DNA of 32,000 nucleotides. Origin: Desulfobulbus propionicus DSM 2032. Its GTDB lineage: Bacteria > Desulfobacterota > Desulfobulbia > Desulfobulbales > Desulfobulbaceae. The position numbers and the translations under genes were made by a program. The notes under the pieces were generated by a model. That model was not told the origin of the DNA. It was given only the letters and a program-made list of their open reading frames with translations, and ran no database searches. Below are positions 29,723 through 32,000 of the stretch, one piece after another (positions within the stretch are counted from its first letter, which is position 1; each line of letters begins with the position of its first letter). The stretch is taken from the NCBI RefSeq assembly GCF_000186885.1, contig NC_014972.1:2550001-2582000 (forward strand). The letters run 5' to 3'.

Positions 29723-30375
29723 GGGGTTTTCTGGGGGACGTGGACCACAAAGCCGTCGGCTTCCAAGGCTTTATGCACCGAACGGACGTTGTAGGTATTG
29801 ATGCGCAGATAGATCATGGCCCGGCGCTTGTCGGTGCCTTCGGCCCGCACCAGGCGGGTAAACTGGACCTGCTTTTCCTCCATGATCCGCACCAGCTTGC
29901 TCAGGGCCTGCGGGTCCTGATTGTCCTCAATCGAGACCAACACCGATCCCTTGGCACCCAGGCCGAACAGGTCGCGGTAGGCGTTCATCAGGTCGGCGGT
30001 GGTGAAGACCCCGACCACCTTTTCCTCCTCGTTGACCACCGGCAGGGCGCCGATCTTGCGCGACTGGAACAGCAGCAGGGCGTCGTCCAGGGTGGCATGG
30101 GGGACAAGGAAGAGGCAATCGCGGGTCATCAGCACGGAAACTGGTGTTTTGTTGACCTTTTCCTCGACCGTTCCCCGTTCTTTGCTCTGGGCCACGGTGG
30201 AAGGCCGGGCCGAACGCAGGTCGCGGTCGGAAAGAATCCCCTGAAGCACGCCCTGTTCATCGACCACCGGCAGGTGGCGGATATTGTAGCGTTGCAGGAT
30301 GTCGATCGCCTCGGCCACGGTCTGCTCCGGAGTAACCGTGACCGGTGACGGTGTCATGTGATCGTGGATGAACAT
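29719..30375 (-). CDS. CBS-domain pair protein with C-terminal ACT-like region (AcuB-like)
   Basis: DHMTPSPVTVTPEQTVAEAIDILQRYNIRHLPVVDEQGVLQGILSDRDL and VSVLMTRDCLFLVPHATLDDALLLFQSRKIGALPVVNEEEKVVGVFTTADL. 4-nt overlap with the synthetase. Confidence 0.85.
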   Translation of the reverse strand: MFIHDHMTPSPVTVTPEQTVAEAIDILQRYNIRHLPVVDEQGVLQGILSDRDLRSARPSTVAQSKERGTVEEKVNKTPVSVLMTRDCLFLVPHATLDDALLLFQSRKIGALPVVNEEEKVVGVFTTADLMNAYRDLFGLGAKGSVLVSIEDNQDPQALSKLVRIMEEKQVQFTRLVRAEGTDKRRAMIYLRINTYNVRSVHKALEADGFVVHVPQKTP

Positions 30376-30409
30376 CGATATACTCCCCTGGTTTTATTGC
30401 TGTGTGCAC

Positions 30410-31375
30410 TCATTCATCGGTCTCCACAAGCCCGGACAAATAGGCTTCAACGCAAACACCAAGTTTTTCAAGAAAATATCCGCCCTCAAGGATCGAGAGC
30501 ACGCGCCCTTGGGTGTAGTCGCGGGCGAGTTCCGTCACAAAGTTGCCCAGCCGCCGATAGAGATCGACGGTGAAGGCCAGGCCCGACATGTCGTCCTGGC
30601 GGTGGGCGTCGAATCCGGCGCCGACGATCAGGGCATCGGGCCGGATGGTGTCGAGAAAATTTCTGATCTTGGGAAAAAGACGCAGTACTTGCTCCGCGCC
30701 GGCGCCGGGGGGCAACGGCAGATTGAGGATGGTGCCCTTGCCGGGACCGACCCCCTTGTCCTCGGCCCAGCCGGTTCCGGGATAGCTGAAGCTGGGATGC
30801 TCGTGAATCGATATATAGGCGGTGTCCGCCTCTTGCTCGAAAGCGGTCTGGATGCCGTTGCCGTGGTGGGCGTCGAAATCGAACACGCACACCCGGCGGC
30901 GGCTGTACTCCTGCTGCCAGTAACGGGCGGCGATCACGCAGTTGTTGAAAAAACAGAATCCATAGGGCTGGTTGGGTTCGGCGTGATGGCCCGGTGGCCG
31001 GGTCTGGCAGAAGACCACCGTTCCCGGCTGGCGCTCGATCCTGTCCACCCCGACCAGGCCGGCACCAGCGGACAGGGTGGCGATGTCAAAGGATTCGTAG
31101 CCCACTTGATTGTCGGGATGGTCGATATAGGTGCGACCGGAGAGCACCGCCTCCTCGAAGCGAAACAACCAGCCCTCGGTATGGAAGGTCAGCAGTTGGG
31201 CACGGGTGGCCGGACGGGGGGCGAAGGTGCGGATGCGCCCGGCCAGGTGTCCCTGCATGAGCCGGTCAGTGATCACCTGCATCCGCTCGGGCGCTTCCGG
31301 ATGATCACCGCCGCCGGTATCGTGCCGGCAAAAAGCGGGGTCGGTGATGAGGGTAATGGCAGGCTCGTTTTCCAT
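30410..31375 (-). CDS. Histone-deacetylase superfamily protein (AcuC-like protein deacetylase)
   Basis: VCVFDFDAHHGNGIQTAFEQEADTAYISIHEHPSFSYPGTG ... DALIVGAGFDAHRQDDMSGLAFTVD. ATG 31375 chosen; the track uses GTG 31387. Confidence 0.88.
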   Translation of the reverse strand: MENEPAITLITDPAFCRHDTGGGDHPEAPERMQVITDRLMQGHLAGRIRTFAPRPATRAQLLTFHTEGWLFRFEEAVLSGRTYIDHPDNQVGYESFDIATLSAGAGLVGVDRIERQPGTVVFCQTRPPGHHAEPNQPYGFCFFNNCVIAARYWQQEYSRRRVCVFDFDAHHGNGIQTAFEQEADTAYISIHEHPSFSYPGTGWAEDKGVGPGKGTILNLPLPPGAGAEQVLRLFPKIRNFLDTIRPDALIVGAGFDAHRQDDMSGLAFTVDLYRRLGNFVTELARDYTQGRVLSILEGGYFLEKLGVCVEAYLSGLVETDE

Positions 31376-31690
31376 TGCAAGGTCCACTGATCAGACGGCC
31401 GACCGGCAGCGCTGCGCCTCCGGTGTGACTGTGTCGCTCAACCTTACCGTATTCCTCGACAAAAACGAAGCGTATCTTCGCTTTCCCGCCACAACTTTTT
31501 GCCCAGTCACGGAAAACCCCTCCCGCCACATCGATACAACGCACGCATCACGCGATCAATCCTGCGGTAGCGAACCTTGAGGCACGATGGCGTCTTGCAG
31601 CGTCCTTGCCCCTCCGTCGGCTCTTTTTTTGCTGATTACAGCAGGGGACCCAAACGGCCCTTTATTTTTTTAGGTAACTCTAAATGACAC

Positions 31691-31719
31691 TTGACAACAG
31701 ACCTCCGTTAAGGCATAAA
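31691..31719 (+). promoter_or_regulatory. Putative sigma70-type promoter for the 31906 ORF
   Basis: TTGACA (31691-31696) - 17 nt - CATAAA (31714-31719) in an AT-rich stretch. Confidence 0.5.
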
Positions 31720-31722
31720 ACT

Positions 31723-31747
31723 CTAAATTTAGTTTTATCTAAAACTA
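31723..31747. promoter_or_regulatory. Operator-like tandem palindromes at the predicted transcription start
   Basis: CTAAATTTAG (31723-31732, perfect) overlapping TAGTTTTA-TC-TAAAACTA (31730-31747, perfect 8-bp arms). Confidence 0.5.
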
Positions 31748-31905
31748 TAAGGTCGTATAAATATACAATCTACCCTCAACACGGTTCGCGCACAAGCACC
31801 GGTCCATCCGTCGCGGCGACCGGCTTGCCTGTCGCACCCGTTGTGCCAATGCCCCATCCGTGATCCCATGAATGAAGGTACGCCCTACTCCTGGAGGTTG
31901 TTATC

Positions 31906-32000
31906 ATGGAAGCGACTGCATCAAGTGTCCGCGCCACGCACCGCAAAAAAATCTGGCATATCGACAGCTGCTACAAATGTGCCCTGATCGGCACCTGCCT
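31906..32000 (+). CDS. Partial uncharacterised protein with N-terminal CxxCx6C motif (truncated at window edge)
   Basis: GGAGG at 31892-31896 then ATG 31906: MEATASSVRATHRKKIWHIDSCYKCALIGTCL..., open to the window end. Confidence 0.6.
   Translation, partial: MEATASSVRATHRKKIWHIDSCYKCALIGTC

Noticed and set aside
25691-29794. 1367-aa + strand ORF spanning the CoA-transferase and synthetase genes
   Set aside because: Crosses two unambiguous - strand genes. Composition is the typical reverse-frame artefact (HHxGxD-rich). Not a giant protein.

Overview
The window is a GC-rich chromosomal segment, probably from a Desulfobulbales-like or other delta-type sulfate reducer (inferred from gene content and order). 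Positions 1-15440 hold a late/middle flagellar cluster on the + strand: flhB(3' end)-flhA-flhF-flhG-fliA-(hyp)-flgF-flgG-flgA-flgH-flgI-flgJ(rod-binding only)-(uncharacterised)-flgM-flgN-flgK-flgL-csrA-fliW. It ends in a good rho-independent terminator. The rest is mostly on the - strand: cysC, a lipoprotein-like HlyD adaptor and YjbQ; an HD-GYP response regulator with a hybrid histidine kinase behind a perfect-consensus sigma70-like promoter; cbiA-type synthase; DUF374-like acyltransferase; uvrB; a small AT-rich gene resembling a stand-alone Mrr_N winged helix; and an acu-like cassette (CoA-transferase fused to a Pat-type GNAT, NDP-forming acyl-CoA synthetase, AcuB-like CBS protein, AcuC-like deacetylase). 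The 3' edge has an AT-rich, palindrome-rich promoter and a structured leader before a truncated Cys-containing ORF. I see no CRISPR, transposon, prophage or obvious defence system. The most promising under-described signals are: (a) the leader of the uncharacterised gene at 10723, with a sigma28-like promoter and a GGA-in-loop hairpin plus two ANGGA motifs, which looks like a CsrA target; (b) related GTTGCC...GGCAAC stem elements before flgK and csrA, the latter an extended hairpin of about 21 bp; (c) the acu-like acetylation cassette with re-shuffled Pat domains; (d) the 3' edge regulatory region. All assignments are by eye; no database search was run.
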